Shown: positions 19,228-28,809, numbered from the stretch's first letter. The stretch: DNA of 64,000 nucleotides from Planctomycetota bacterium (GCA_046290465.1 JBKAGP010000001.1:2336001-2400000); one strand, 5' to 3'. Numbers and translations: made by a program. The notes: generated by a model from the letters alone, not told the origin.

Positions 19228-21363
19228 TCAGCGCAGCTGGAACAGCTGCCGGTAGGCGTGCCAGGCCCGTTCGCTGTGGGCGAACTCGTTGACGAACCAG
19301 GCCCACAGGTGACCCAGCGGCTGGTTGTAGGCGCGGGCCTTCGACGCCGACGAGGTCGAGACCAGCTCGAGGTCGCGGCACGTGGTCGCGCCGACCAGCA
19401 GCCGCTGCAGGCGCCGGGCCGATTCGAAGTCCCGCCGGTCCTCGTAGGTGAGCTGGGCCATCGACTCGGCGCACATCGCGAGGCCGAGCGGCCCCTTCTG
19501 GACGATCTGCCGCGCCAGCCCGGAGTCGTACTGGGGCTTGGCCAGCAGCAGGGCGACCTGATCGCGAACGGCCCGCTGGCCCTTGACGTCGTCACCGACG
19601 CCGAACGTCGGCAGCTCGGTCGCCTTCCGTTCGCTCGGCTCGATCGGCGCCTTGGCGCGCAGCCGCGAGATGTGTTCGAGCAGCTGCCGCCGGGCCTCGT
19701 GGCGGTCGCGGTCGGCGAGGCGCGCCCACATCGGCTCCGACGTCGACACGATGCGCCGGTAGCGGCCGGGCACCGAGAACTGGGAGTAGGTGGCGTCGCT
19801 GCCGTAGTGGGTGATCCGGGTGACGTTGCTGCTGTTGGTCTCGGCGACGGCCATGCTCGCGCCACGCGACCGGTCGGCACGCGGGGCCATCGAGCGCGGC
19901 ATCAACATCGAGAACCAGACCGCAGCGAGCGTCACCAGCAGCAGGAACAGCGCTCCGACCGTCCAGGCGATCCGCCGCAGCATCGACGGACCGCGCCGCT
20001 TCAGGTCCTTCGGCGGCGTCACGATCGCGGCCGCGACGTTGATCGCCTCGGAGCGCTTCTGATGGTCCTTCTTCTGCTTGCGCAGCCGCTGCATGACCCG
20101 CCAGCGACGCACGCTGTAGTCGCGGGTCTTGCCCATCGACTTGTCGATCGCCTCGCGCGCCTGCTTGGCGGCCTTGCGGGCGACGACCCCGGCGTCGCGC
20201 ATCGCCTGCCGCGCGACCTCGTTGGCGTGCCGGAACGCCTTGCGCGACGCCGCGGCCATCTCCTTGTACGGGTTCTCGTCGTCGCTCTGCGCCGTGGGGC
20301 CCCCAGGCGGCGGCGGCGGCGGTGACGACGAACGCGGCGGCGGCACGGAGTCGACGGCGACCCCGCCGCGCACTTCGGACAGCGTCGCCGCGCCGGCGCT
20401 GCGCGGCGCGCCGTAGGCCTCGAGCAGTTCGGCGACCGACTCGAAGCGCGCCGCCGGATCCTTGCTGAGGCAGCGCGTCAGCACCGCGCGCTCGAGCTGC
20501 GTCAGGTACGACGGCAGCTCCGGGCTGGCGGTCTCGTGCTTCTTCAGCACCTCCCACTCGCTGTCGCCGGTGAACGGCACCTTGCCGCACAGGATCTCGT
20601 AGAGCATCACGCCGAGCGAGTAGATGTCGCTGCGCTGGTCGCCGCGCCGCTGCAGCATCTCGGGCGCCATGTAGTACGGCGTGCCCCGCCCCATCGACAG
20701 GCTGCCGCGCGAGTGCGTCACCAGCTTGGACAGACCGTAGTCGCCGAGCCGCGCCACGCCGCCCTTCAGGAACACGTTCGCCGGCTTGATGTCGAAGTGC
20801 ACCAGCGAACGTTCGTGCAGCGCCTGCAGCCCGCGCGCCGACTGCAGGAACGCCCGCACCAGCTCGCCCTTCTCGTCCGCCGTCGGCGGCCGGCCCTCCG
20901 GCATCTTGTCGCGCAGCGTCTCGGTGCCCGCAAACGCCATCACCAGATACGGGATCCCGTCGACCTCGCCGCGGTCCTCGATCGACACCAGGTTCGGGTG
21001 GTCGATCTGCGCGAAGTACTTCACCTGCTCCAGCTCCGACAGCACCGCGCGCCGCACCTCGCCGTCGTCCACCTGCAGGAACTTGATCGCGTAGTCCTTG
21101 CCGATCGACATCCGCCGCGCCCGGAACACCAGCCCGAACATCCCGCCACCAAGCTTCGTCGTGATCTCGAAGCCCTCGATGTACGAGGGCTTGCGGTAGT
21201 CGCGGTAGAAGGCCTCCCAGTCGGCAGCGCCAGAAGCCCCAGGTCTGGAGGCTTCAGGTCCGGAGGCCTCAGGTCCGGAGGCCTCAGGGCCGCTCGGCGC
21301 AGCAGGCTCGGGGGCTCCGGGGTCTTCTTCGGTCATCGAGGGGGAGGCGGTCGGGTGGTCCAC
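19228..21363 (-). CDS. Membrane-bound Ser/Thr kinase with unknown C-terminal domain
   Basis: LGGGMFGLVF, YAIK, HFDIKPAN, DYG, GTPYYMAPE; Pro-rich linker; TM IAWTVGALFLLLVTLAAVWF; start GTG 21363 or ATG 21336. Confidence 0.9.
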   Translation of the reverse strand: MDHPTASPSMTEEDPGAPEPAAPSGPEASGPEASGPEASRPGASGAADWEAFYRDYRKPSYIEGFEITTKLGGGMFGLVFRARRMSIGKDYAIKFLQVDDGEVRRAVLSELEQVKYFAQIDHPNLVSIEDRGEVDGIPYLVMAFAGTETLRDKMPEGRPPTADEKGELVRAFLQSARGLQALHERSLVHFDIKPANVFLKGGVARLGDYGLSKLVTHSRGSLSMGRGTPYYMAPEMLQRRGDQRSDIYSLGVMLYEILCGKVPFTGDSEWEVLKKHETASPELPSYLTQLERAVLTRCLSKDPAARFESVAELLEAYGAPRSAGAATLSEVRGGVAVDSVPPPRSSSPPPPPPGGPTAQSDDENPYKEMAAASRKAFRHANEVARQAMRDAGVVARKAAKQAREAIDKSMGKTRDYSVRRWRVMQRLRKQKKDHQKRSEAINVAAAIVTPPKDLKRRGPSMLRRIAWTVGALFLLLVTLAAVWFSMLMPRSMAPRADRSRGASMAVAETNSSNVTRITHYGSDATYSQFSVPGRYRRIVSTSEPMWARLADRDRHEARRQLLEHISRLRAKAPIEPSERKATELPTFGVGDDVKGQRAVRDQVALLLAKPQYDSGLARQIVQKGPLGLAMCAESMAQLTYEDRRDFESARRLQRLLVGATTCRDLELVSTSSASKARAYNQPLGHLWAWFVNEFAHSERAWHAYRQLFQLR
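20939..21222. repeat. Dispersed direct repeat, copy 2 (partner 1-284)
   Basis: 283 of 284 bases identical to the start of the window. Confidence 0.95.
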
Positions 21364-21478
21364 GAAGGCCCGCCGCTACGACCGGCCTGCGGAAGATTGG
21401 CAGATCGCCCAAAAACGATCCGGCCCCCATCGTGGGACAGGCAAGGCCCACCGTAAAGGCCGTCGCTACGATCGCGGC

Positions 21479-21946
21479 ATGAAGCCGACTCCCCCGGGCT
21501 GGCCGCGGCTCAGCGTGGCCGCGTTCTACGACGACCCTCGCGCGGCGATCGACTGGCTGTGCGGCGCGTTCGGGTTTGCCGTGCGGATCCTGGTCGACGG
21601 GCCCGACGGCGCGGTGATGCACAGCGAACTCGAGTACGGCGAGGCCGTGATCATGGTCGCCGGCGCCACGCCCCCGCAAGGCCGCGCATCCGACGCCTGG
21701 CGCGCACGGCTGGCCAGCCCGTCGCTGGCCGGTGCCAGGGTCACGGCCAACTTCGCGCTCTACGTCGACGACGTCGACGCGCACTGCGCAACGGCACGCG
21801 CACACGGCGCCGAGGTGGTGTCGGAGCCGCAGGACGTCGACTACGGCCCCGAACACTGGAGCGACCGCAACTACTGCGCGCTCGACCTCGAGGGCCACGT
21901 CTGGTGGTTCATGCAGCGGCTGTCGACCGGCGGCAGCCCCGCCTGA
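21479..21946 (+). CDS. VOC/glyoxalase (bleomycin-resistance-like) family protein
   Basis: YDDPRAAIDWLCGAFGF, HSEL, YVDDVDAH, DLEGHVWWF. Confidence 0.85.
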   Translation: MKPTPPGWPRLSVAAFYDDPRAAIDWLCGAFGFAVRILVDGPDGAVMHSELEYGEAVIMVAGATPPQGRASDAWRARLASPSLAGARVTANFALYVDDVDAHCATARAHGAEVVSEPQDVDYGPEHWSDRNYCALDLEGHVWWFMQRLSTGGSPA

Positions 21947-21953
21947 GCGCAGT

Positions 21954-22280
21954 TCAGTGCTTCGGGCACGCGCACGGCGCGGCCTTGCAGCGCGGGCAGC
22001 CGTCGCCGTACTTCTTGCGGCCGATCGCCTCGAGGTCGATGCCGTGGATCGAGGCCAGCGTCGCCAACCAGGCGAACACGTCGCCGAACTCCTCCTCGAG
22101 GTTGTCGCGGTCCTTGGCCCCGCGCCGGATCGCGCGCACCAGCTCGCCGACCTCCTCGCAGAACCACAGCAGCGTCTTGTCCGAGCCGCGCTCGTCGTCG
22201 CGCTCGAAGTAGATGTCCTCGATCAGCCGCTGGAACGAGCCCTCGGGTGCGCGACCGCCCGGCGGGTTCGGCGCGCTCAT
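21954..22280 (-). CDS. MazG-like nucleotide pyrophosphohydrolase
   Basis: EEVGEL...EEEFGDVFAW acidic motif; C-terminal CPRCKAAPCAC. Confidence 0.85.
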   Translation of the reverse strand: MSAPNPPGGRAPEGSFQRLIEDIYFERDDERGSDKTLLWFCEEVGELVRAIRRGAKDRDNLEEEFGDVFAWLATLASIHGIDLEAIGRKKYGDGCPRCKAAPCACPKH

Positions 22281-23398
22281 TCCTGGCTTTCCTTCTTCAC
22301 CGTGATCAGCACGACGTCCTCGCGCAGGCCGTCGTCACCGGCATCCTGCTCGATCGAGCCCAGCACCATGTTCATGAACATGTTGGTGTGGCGCGGCGAG
22401 TGCTGCGGCAGCAGGTCGAGCAGGCCCTCGGAGCGCAGCAGCGCCTCGTTGCCGAACACCAGCCGGATGCCGGGGCTCATCTCGATCTCCTGCGGGCGCA
22501 GCGACTTCTCGAACACCGGGCCGTCGTCGAGGCCGAGCGCGATGCCTTCGGCGTTGAGCTCGAGCACCTCGCCGCGCTGGCAGATCAGCAGCGGCGTGTG
22601 CGAGCCGGCCTGGTAGAGCTTGCAGCCGCCCTCGTGCATCTGCAGCAGCGTCGCGACCGCACACGCGCCCGACGGCAGGTGCTTCTTCATCACCTTGTTG
22701 GTGTGCGCCAGCGCGCGGCGCGGCGTGGCGCCCTGCTGCAGGGCGCGCTCGAGTTCGTCGCGGGCGAGGCGGCAGGCGTAGACCGAGATCGGCCCCTGCC
22801 CCTCGGCGGTGACCACGTAGGCGACCGCCTGGCTCTGGTCCTCTGGGTTGACGACGACGTCGAAGTAGTCGAGGCCGCCGCGCGAGCCGTTGCTGATCGC
22901 GGCATCGACCTCGAAGCCCGGCACCCGCGGCGGCGCGTTCGGAACGGTCTTGTCGCGCAGCTGCTTGACCAGCGGATCCATCGACGCCGGCGCGCCGCCG
23001 GCCTCGTCCTGTTCGCTGAGCAGCGCGGCGAGGTCGCTGGCCAGGTACTGCACCGAGCTGCCGAGCTTGGTGACCTCGTCGTTGCCGTCGAAGCGCACGC
23101 GCACCTCGCTGCCGCCGCGCCCGAGCTTGCTGACCGCCAGCTGGATGTCGGTGATGCGGGTGGCGACCTTGCCGCCGAACATCCACGCGGCACCGCCGCA
23201 CAGCACGCCGCACAGCAGCGACAGGCCGAGGCCGACCTGCCAGCCCTTGCTGACCGCATCGGCGTCCTCGATCGACGACGCGAGGTTCTGCACGACCGCA
23301 ACGGTCACCAGGAAGCCGCCGAGCAGGCCGGCGATGGCGCACATGATGGCCAGGTTGCGGGCGAGACTACCGGTCGACTTGCTGCCTTTGCGTGCCAT
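22277..23398 (-). CDS. 2-TM HAMP plus SpoIIE/PP2C-like domain protein (catalytic motifs degenerate)
   Basis: Two TM helices, HAMP (DEVTKLG), GGLDYFD, AGSHTPL, GIALGL, EDVVLI. Confidence 0.75.
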   Translation of the reverse strand: MARKGSKSTGSLARNLAIMCAIAGLLGGFLVTVAVVQNLASSIEDADAVSKGWQVGLGLSLLCGVLCGGAAWMFGGKVATRITDIQLAVSKLGRGGSEVRVRFDGNDEVTKLGSSVQYLASDLAALLSEQDEAGGAPASMDPLVKQLRDKTVPNAPPRVPGFEVDAAISNGSRGGLDYFDVVVNPEDQSQAVAYVVTAEGQGPISVYACRLARDELERALQQGATPRRALAHTNKVMKKHLPSGACAVATLLQMHEGGCKLYQAGSHTPLLICQRGEVLELNAEGIALGLDDGPVFEKSLRPQEIEMSPGIRLVFGNEALLRSEGLLDLLPQHSPRHTNMFMNMVLGSIEQDAGDDGLREDVVLITVKKESQE

Positions 23399-23530
23399 GT
23401 TCGGCGCGCATCATCGCCCACCAACGGCCGACGCGCACCCGGTAGATGCGGCAACTTTGTGCCGCGACGCCGCGACCGGCGCCGGATCGGGCAGGATGCA
23501 CCGCGCGCGGGTCGCGCCCGTTCGCAGGGC

Positions 23531-24046
23531 TCAGGCGAGGATCGGCAGCGCCAAGGGCATCGTCAGCCACAGCGCGATGCCGGCGTAGAGGCCGGCGACC
23601 TGGTCGTCGGCCATGATGCCCCAGGCGCCCGGCAGCAGCTCGAGGCGGTTGCACGGGTAGAGCTTGAGCACGTCGAAGACGCGGAACCAGCCGAACGCGC
23701 CGACGTGCGCGATCCAGCCGGGCAGCGCCGGGCCGGTTTCGAACAGGTCGAGCCGGGCCAGCAGCACGAACGTGATCAACGTCACCAGGTGGCCGACGAC
23801 CTCGTCGAGCACGAACGCGCCCGGGTCCTTCTTCGGCCACGTGCGGGCCACGTAGAGCGTCTGCTTGCAGCCCCAGAAGAACAGCAGCACCGCCACGATC
23901 GACCACGACAGCACCAGGTGCTCGGGCAGCAGCCATTGCAGCAGCAGGGCGAGGCCGACGCCGCCGAGCGTGCCGACGGTGCCGGGGGCGACCGGCGACA
24001 GACCGAGGCCGCCGCTCGTGATCAGGAACCAGCGGATCGCGTCCAC
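23531..24046 (-). CDS. pgpA: Phosphatidylglycerophosphatase A
   Basis: GLSPVAPGTVGT, DPGAFVLDEVVG, FRVFDVLK, GIMADD. Confidence 0.93.
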   Translation of the reverse strand: MDAIRWFLITSGGLGLSPVAPGTVGTLGGVGLALLLQWLLPEHLVLSWSIVAVLLFFWGCKQTLYVARTWPKKDPGAFVLDEVVGHLVTLITFVLLARLDLFETGPALPGWIAHVGAFGWFRVFDVLKLYPCNRLELLPGAWGIMADDQVAGLYAGIALWLTMPLALPILA

Positions 24047-24047
24047 G

Positions 24048-24638
24048 TCAGGCGGCGCCCTTCAGGATCAGCTGCCGGGCCTTGATGCAGTAGTTGAGGC
24101 CGCTGACGACGGTCAGCACGAGGCTGACCCAGAAGCCGACTTCGGCGGCCCACAGCAGGCGGTCGCTGCCGCCGACCATCGTGAGCAGCGCCCCGACCGT
24201 CCAGCACTGCGCGACCATCTTCCACTTGCCCAGCCGATCGGCTCCGAAGGCCTGGCCGGTCGACTCGACGTAGCCGCGGATCGCGGTGACCAGGAACTCG
24301 CGCGCAATCACGATGACGACGTACCAGTGCGTCAGCACCGCCGTCGCCGCCGGCAGCCGCAGCAGCGAGATCATCGTGCCGGCGATCAGGATCTTGTCGG
24401 CGAACGGGTCGGCGATGCGGCCGAACGCCGTCACCATGTTCCACTTGCGCGCCAGGTAGCCGTCGAGGAAGTCGGTGATCGCCGCGACCAGGAACAGCCA
24501 GAACGCGACGATGGCCAGCTTGCCGTTGTTCGCTTCGGTGCCGACGCTGTTGGTCTCCGGGTCGATCAGCTCGAGGCACAGGAACACGAAGACCGTCATG
24601 ACCAGACGGATCATCGTGATCGTGTTGGGGATGTTCAT
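24048..24638 (-). CDS. pgsA: CDP-diacylglycerol--glycerol-3-phosphate 3-phosphatidyltransferase
   Basis: MNIPNTITMIR, TDFLDGYLARK..VTAFGRIADPFADK. Confidence 0.93.
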   Translation of the reverse strand: MNIPNTITMIRLVMTVFVFLCLELIDPETNSVGTEANNGKLAIVAFWLFLVAAITDFLDGYLARKWNMVTAFGRIADPFADKILIAGTMISLLRLPAATAVLTHWYVVIVIAREFLVTAIRGYVESTGQAFGADRLGKWKMVAQCWTVGALLTMVGGSDRLLWAAEVGFWVSLVLTVVSGLNYCIKARQLILKGAA

Positions 24639-25999
24639 GGCTGCGAGGTCGGGTCGTCGACGACCTCGCCGACCCATTCATAGTCACCAGCCGAGGTGAT
24701 CTTCGCACGCACGAGATCGCCCGGAGCGGCGGATTCCTTGGCCAGCAGCACGCGGCCGTCGACCTCCGGCGCGTCGGCATAGGTGCGGCCGACGGCGAAC
24801 TCGCCGCTCTCGTCGTAACCGTCGACCAGCACGTCGAGCGTCTGCCCCACCTTCGAGGCGTGGAAGCCGCGCATGATCTCGAGCTGCATGCCCATCAGCT
24901 GCTCGGCGCGCTCCTCGGCGACCTCCTGCGGGACCTGGTCGTCCATGTCGTGCGCCGGCGTGTCCTCCTCGCGCGAGTACGGGAACACGCCGAGCCGCTC
25001 GAAGCGGTAGTCGCGAACCAGCGCCTGCAGCTCTTCGAAGTCCTGCTCGGTCTCGCCCGGGAAGCCGGTGATCAGCGTCGAGCGCACCGCGATGCCGGGC
25101 ACCTCGTCGCGCAGCCGATCGAGGATGCCGCGCACCTGCTCGCTCTTCACGCCGCGCTTCATCGCGCGCAGCATCGGCGAACTGATGTGCTGGATCGGGA
25201 TGTCGAGGTACTTGACGGCCTTCGCATGCTCTCGCAAGAACGTCGTCAGCTCCGGCAGCACCGTGTGCGGGTAGGCATACATCAGCCGCACCCACTCGAT
25301 GCCGTCGACCTCGGCCAGGCGCTCGAGCAGCACGTGGATCAGCCGCTTCCGCTCGCTGTCCATGCCGTAGTGCGTGCTGTCCTCGGCGACGACCACCAGC
25401 TCCTTGATGCCGGCGGCAGCGAGGCTCTCGGCCTCCTCCACCAGCACCGGGATCGGCTTGCTGCGGTTGCGGCCGCGCATGCTCGGGATCGCGCAGAACG
25501 TGCAGGTGTGGTCGCAGCCCTCGGAGATGCGCAGGTAGGCGAAGCTCGCGGGCGTCAGCAGGCAGCGCTTCTGGTCGCTGCGCGGGCCCTTCGGCTTGCC
25601 GCCGTCGACCGTCGCGGTCCAGCGACGTTCGCTGCCGTTGACGATCTTGCGCACGACGTTCGGCACGCCCGAGTAGTCGGACAGGCCGAACACGCCGTCG
25701 AGCTCCGGGATCTGCTCCTTGAGCTGCTCGCCGTAGCGCTGCGCCAGGCAGCCGACGGCGATCACGCCCTTGAGGTTGGCCTCCTCCTTGAGCGCGGCGA
25801 CCGACAGGATCGTGTCGATCGACTCCTGCTTGGCGGTCTCGATGAACCCGCAGGTGTTGACGACGACGACGTCGGCGTCCTCGGCGTCGGAGACGACCTG
25901 CAGGCCCTCTTCGACGACGTGGCCCAGCAGCACCTCGGAATCGACGAGGTTGCGGGCGCAGCCGAGGCTGACCATGGAAACGCGGATGGCTTCGTTCAA
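24635..25999 (-). CDS. rimO: Ribosomal protein S12 methylthiotransferase
   Basis: SLGCARNLVDSE, NTCGFIETAKQES, GCLAQRY, EGCDHTCTFC radical SAM motif, DAPEVDG. Confidence 0.95.
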   Translation of the reverse strand: MNEAIRVSMVSLGCARNLVDSEVLLGHVVEEGLQVVSDAEDADVVVVNTCGFIETAKQESIDTILSVAALKEEANLKGVIAVGCLAQRYGEQLKEQIPELDGVFGLSDYSGVPNVVRKIVNGSERRWTATVDGGKPKGPRSDQKRCLLTPASFAYLRISEGCDHTCTFCAIPSMRGRNRSKPIPVLVEEAESLAAAGIKELVVVAEDSTHYGMDSERKRLIHVLLERLAEVDGIEWVRLMYAYPHTVLPELTTFLREHAKAVKYLDIPIQHISSPMLRAMKRGVKSEQVRGILDRLRDEVPGIAVRSTLITGFPGETEQDFEELQALVRDYRFERLGVFPYSREEDTPAHDMDDQVPQEVAEERAEQLMGMQLEIMRGFHASKVGQTLDVLVDGYDESGEFAVGRTYADAPEVDGRVLLAKESAAPGDLVRAKITSAGDYEWVGEVVDDPTSQP

Positions 26000-26042
26000 G
26001 GTGAGCCTCGGCCGGTTGGGGCCCCGTTCGGGGCCGGCCCGA

Positions 26043-26495
26043 TCACTCGGGCTTCTGTTGCACGACCCAGACCTTGATCGCCGTCTCGACGTCCGCGTGC
26101 AGGTGGACCGTGACGTCGTAGACGCCGATCTCCTTCAGCGGGTTGTCGAGGCGGACCATCTTGTCGTCGACCGGGACGTCCTTCTCGCGCAGCGCGGCGG
26201 CGATCTGCGAGGCGTTGACCGAACCGAACAGGTGACCGTCTTCGTTGGCCTTGCCTTCGATCGTCACGGACACGTCGGCGAGCTTCTGGCCCAGGTCCTT
26301 GAGGCCCTGCAGGCGCGCCTCTTCGTCGGCGAGGGCCTGCGCGCGGGCGCGCTCGACCTCGGCCATGTTGCTCTTGGTGACGAGCACGGCCATGCCGCGC
26401 GGCAACAGGAAGTTGCGCGCGTAGCCCGGCTTGACGTCGACGACGTCACCGGTGCGGCCGAGGTGCTCCACGTTTTGCTTCAGCAGGAGTTCCAT
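26043..26495 (-). CDS. rplI: 50S ribosomal protein L9
   Basis: LGRTGDVVDVKPGYARNFLLPRG, LFGSV. Confidence 0.97.
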   Translation of the reverse strand: MELLLKQNVEHLGRTGDVVDVKPGYARNFLLPRGMAVLVTKSNMAEVERARAQALADEEARLQGLKDLGQKLADVSVTIEGKANEDGHLFGSVNASQIAAALREKDVPVDDKMVRLDNPLKEIGVYDVTVHLHADVETAIKVWVVQQKPE

Positions 26496-26499
26496 AGCT

Positions 26500-26793
26500 C
26501 TACATCCTCCCGACGAACGGCAGCAGGCCCACGATGCGGGCGCGCTTGATGGCGGAGGCCAGCTTGCGCTGGTTCTGGCCCGAGAAGCCGGTGCGCTTGC
26601 GCGACTGGATGCGGCCGTTCGGCGACAAGAACTTCGACAGGTACGCGACGTTCTTGTAGTCCAGCGGCTCTTCCGGCTCGACGATCTTGCGGCGGCTGAA
26701 ACGACCGAAGCGGCTGCGGCGCGGCGCGCCGGGCGTCGTCGACGGCTTCGACTCCGTCTTCTCCTCGGTCTTGGCGGGTTCGTTGGCGGTCAT
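26500..26793 (-). CDS. rpsR: 30S ribosomal protein S18
   Basis: LDYKNVAYLSKF..GRIQSRKRTG..QRKLASAIKRARIVGLLPF. Confidence 0.96.
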   Translation of the reverse strand: MTANEPAKTEEKTESKPSTTPGAPRRSRFGRFSRRKIVEPEEPLDYKNVAYLSKFLSPNGRIQSRKRTGFSGQNQRKLASAIKRARIVGLLPFVGRM

Positions 26794-27365
26794 TACTTGT
26801 CCTCCTCACCGTCGGTCTTGGCGGCGGGTTCGGCGGCCTCGGCCTTCGCTTCCTCGGCGGCGGCGTCGCCTTCGGCCTTCTCGCCTTCCTTGGGCTCACC
26901 ATCCTTGGCGTCACCATCCTTGGCGTCACCGTCCTTGGCATCACCGTCCTTGGCGTCACCTTCGGCCTTCTCGCCTTCGGCGGCCGGCTCTTCCTCGACC
27001 TCCGGAGCATCGTCCTCCGGGATCGCGTTGACGTCGAACTCGGCCTCGGGCTCGTAGGCGTCGGCCGGGATGTCGTCACACTCGGTGATCATGTAGCGGA
27101 GCATCGACTCGTCGAACTCCAGCTCACGACGGATCGCCGGCAGCGTCTGCGTGTCGGCCGAGAAGTAGAGCAGCAGGTAGGTCGCGCGCTGCTGGCCCTT
27201 GATCGGGTAGGCGAGGCGACGCTCGTCCCAGCGGCGGTTGCTGAGGACCTTGGCCTCGTGCTTGGTGAACAGGCCGGCGACCGCTTCCTTCAGCGGTTCC
27301 CAGCCCTTGCGTACCTCCGTGTTGTCGAGGAGGCACATGCATTCGTAGTTGCGGGTGCGGTTCAA
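26793..27365 (-). CDS. rpsF: 30S ribosomal protein S6 with long acidic repeat tail
   Basis: RNYECMCLL, WDERRLAYPIK; TTG start after GGGAGA; position before rpsR-rplI. Confidence 0.92.
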   Translation of the reverse strand: MNRTRNYECMCLLDNTEVRKGWEPLKEAVAGLFTKHEAKVLSNRRWDERRLAYPIKGQQRATYLLLYFSADTQTLPAIRRELEFDESMLRYMITECDDIPADAYEPEAEFDVNAIPEDDAPEVEEEPAAEGEKAEGDAKDGDAKDGDAKDGDAKDGEPKEGEKAEGDAAAEEAKAEAAEPAAKTDGEEDK

Positions 27366-27446
27366 AACAGTCTCCCGGGCGCATGCCCAGATGCCGGCCT
27401 CGCGGCCGACTCGGTTGCACAACGAGCCAGGGCGTCGCCGCCGCGG

Positions 27447-28109
27447 CTAGTTGTTGAAGGTTCCCATCAGGGATTGCAGGCTCTCCCCGTCCAACCACTG
27501 CTGTGTGCAGTCGGCGGCGCGAGCCAGGACACGACCGAGAACCTCCTGTTCCTCCGGGAGGAAGGGAGCCAGGACGAAGTCGGGCCAGTCGCGTCCACGC
27601 AGGACGGCGGCCTTGCTTCGACCTTCGGAACCACCATCGGGATCATCCGAGGCGGGCGGTCCGATACCGAGACGGAGACGGGGGTATGCGTCCGTGCCGA
27701 GCAGTTGCTGGACGGATTTGAGGCCGTTGTGGCCCCCTGCACTTCCCGACGGCCGGAGTCGCATCCGGCCCAGCGGTAGGTTCAGGTCATCGACGATTAC
27801 AAAGAGCGCGTCCGGCGAACGCTTGCTGTACCGCAGCAGCGGCGCAGCGACGTCTCCGGTCAGGTTGACGTAGGTCTGCGGTTTGGCGAGCAGGAACGAA
27901 CGTCCCTTGCGGCGCCCTTCGCAGACCTGCGCCTTCACCTTTCCCGAGAACCGCTTCGAGCCGTCCGGCCCCTGGCGTTCGAGTCTGGTGAAGGAGAGCC
28001 CCAGCCGTTCCGCCAGCAGGTCCAGCACCATGAACCCGACGTTGTGCCGGGTGGAGTCGTATTCGGAACCGGGGTTGCCGATGCCGATCGCGATCCGATG
28101 CCAACCCAT
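27447..28109 (-). CDS. pth: Peptidyl-tRNA hydrolase
   Basis: GIGNPGSEYDSTRHNVGF, KPQTYVN, DDLNLPLG, GSAGGHNGLKS, RLRLGIG. Confidence 0.95.
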   Translation of the reverse strand: MGWHRIAIGIGNPGSEYDSTRHNVGFMVLDLLAERLGLSFTRLERQGPDGSKRFSGKVKAQVCEGRRKGRSFLLAKPQTYVNLTGDVAAPLLRYSKRSPDALFVIVDDLNLPLGRMRLRPSGSAGGHNGLKSVQQLLGTDAYPRLRLGIGPPASDDPDGGSEGRSKAAVLRGRDWPDFVLAPFLPEEQEVLGRVLARAADCTQQWLDGESLQSLMGTFNN

Positions 28110-28195
28110 GACGGTGTTGGAGGGGCGAGAAGGTTACGCAGCCGGGGCGAGCCGGGCAAGGCCCACCCACCCCGAAGCGCGACCTTCGCTGGCCA

Positions 28196-28744
28196 TCACT
28201 TGCCGCCGGTGCAGCGGCAGATGTAGAGGTCCTCGGGCACGCCGAGCGTGACCCCCTCGGGGAGCTTCAGGTCCTTGGCGCGGATCGCCTGGCCGGCGTC
28301 GAGCTTGCTGATGTCGATCTCGAGGCCTTCCGGGACATCCTTCGGCAGCGCCGAGATGGTGATCACCAGATTGTCCTTGATCAGCGCGCCGCCCTTCGAG
28401 AGGCCGGCCGCGTGGCCCAGCAGCGAGACCTCGACCTGGGTCTTCCAGGGCTTGTCGAGGTCGATGCGCAGGAAGTCCGCGTGCAGCGGACGGTCGGTCG
28501 TGGCCTTCCACTCGACGTCCTGCAGCCAGGCCGACTCGGTCTGGCCGTCGATCTCGAGGCTGTAGACCTTGTGGTGCTTCTGGATGTGCTGGTCCAGCTC
28601 CCACTCGGAGATCTGGATCGACACCGGCTCCTTGCCTTCGCCGCCGTAGACGACGGCCGGCATCCAGCCTTCTTCACGGAGCTTCTTGATCTGGTTACGT
28701 CCGAGGGCGCTACGGCGCTCGGCCTTCAGGCGTGCGACTTCCAT
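28196..28744 (-). CDS. rplY: 50S ribosomal protein L25/Ctc
   Basis: LREEGWMPAVVYG, LHADFLR; located between prs and pth. Confidence 0.93.
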   Translation of the reverse strand: MEVARLKAERRSALGRNQIKKLREEGWMPAVVYGGEGKEPVSIQISEWELDQHIQKHHKVYSLEIDGQTESAWLQDVEWKATTDRPLHADFLRIDLDKPWKTQVEVSLLGHAAGLSKGGALIKDNLVITISALPKDVPEGLEIDISKLDAGQAIRAKDLKLPEGVTLGVPEDLYICRCTGGK

Positions 28745-28809
28745 CGAGGAATACCTCTACTCTGGTCGGTTGGGTCTACGGAAAACGGGAAAGGGTGCGG
28801 CGTGGGCGC

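Noticed and set aside
21479..22280. MazG plus kinase/phosphatase as an anti-phage defence island
   Set aside because: The genes trail a core housekeeping operon with normal codon usage, and no mobile or defence markers are nearby
27366..27446. Possible S6:S18 autoregulatory RNA leader before rpsF
   Set aside because: Small hairpins are present, but I cannot match the consensus by eye; needs Infernal
28110..28195. tRNA or ncRNA in operon gaps (rplY-pth, upstream of glmU, after secG)
   Set aside because: No cloverleaf or T-loop signature; the secG-yicC gap is only 14 nt
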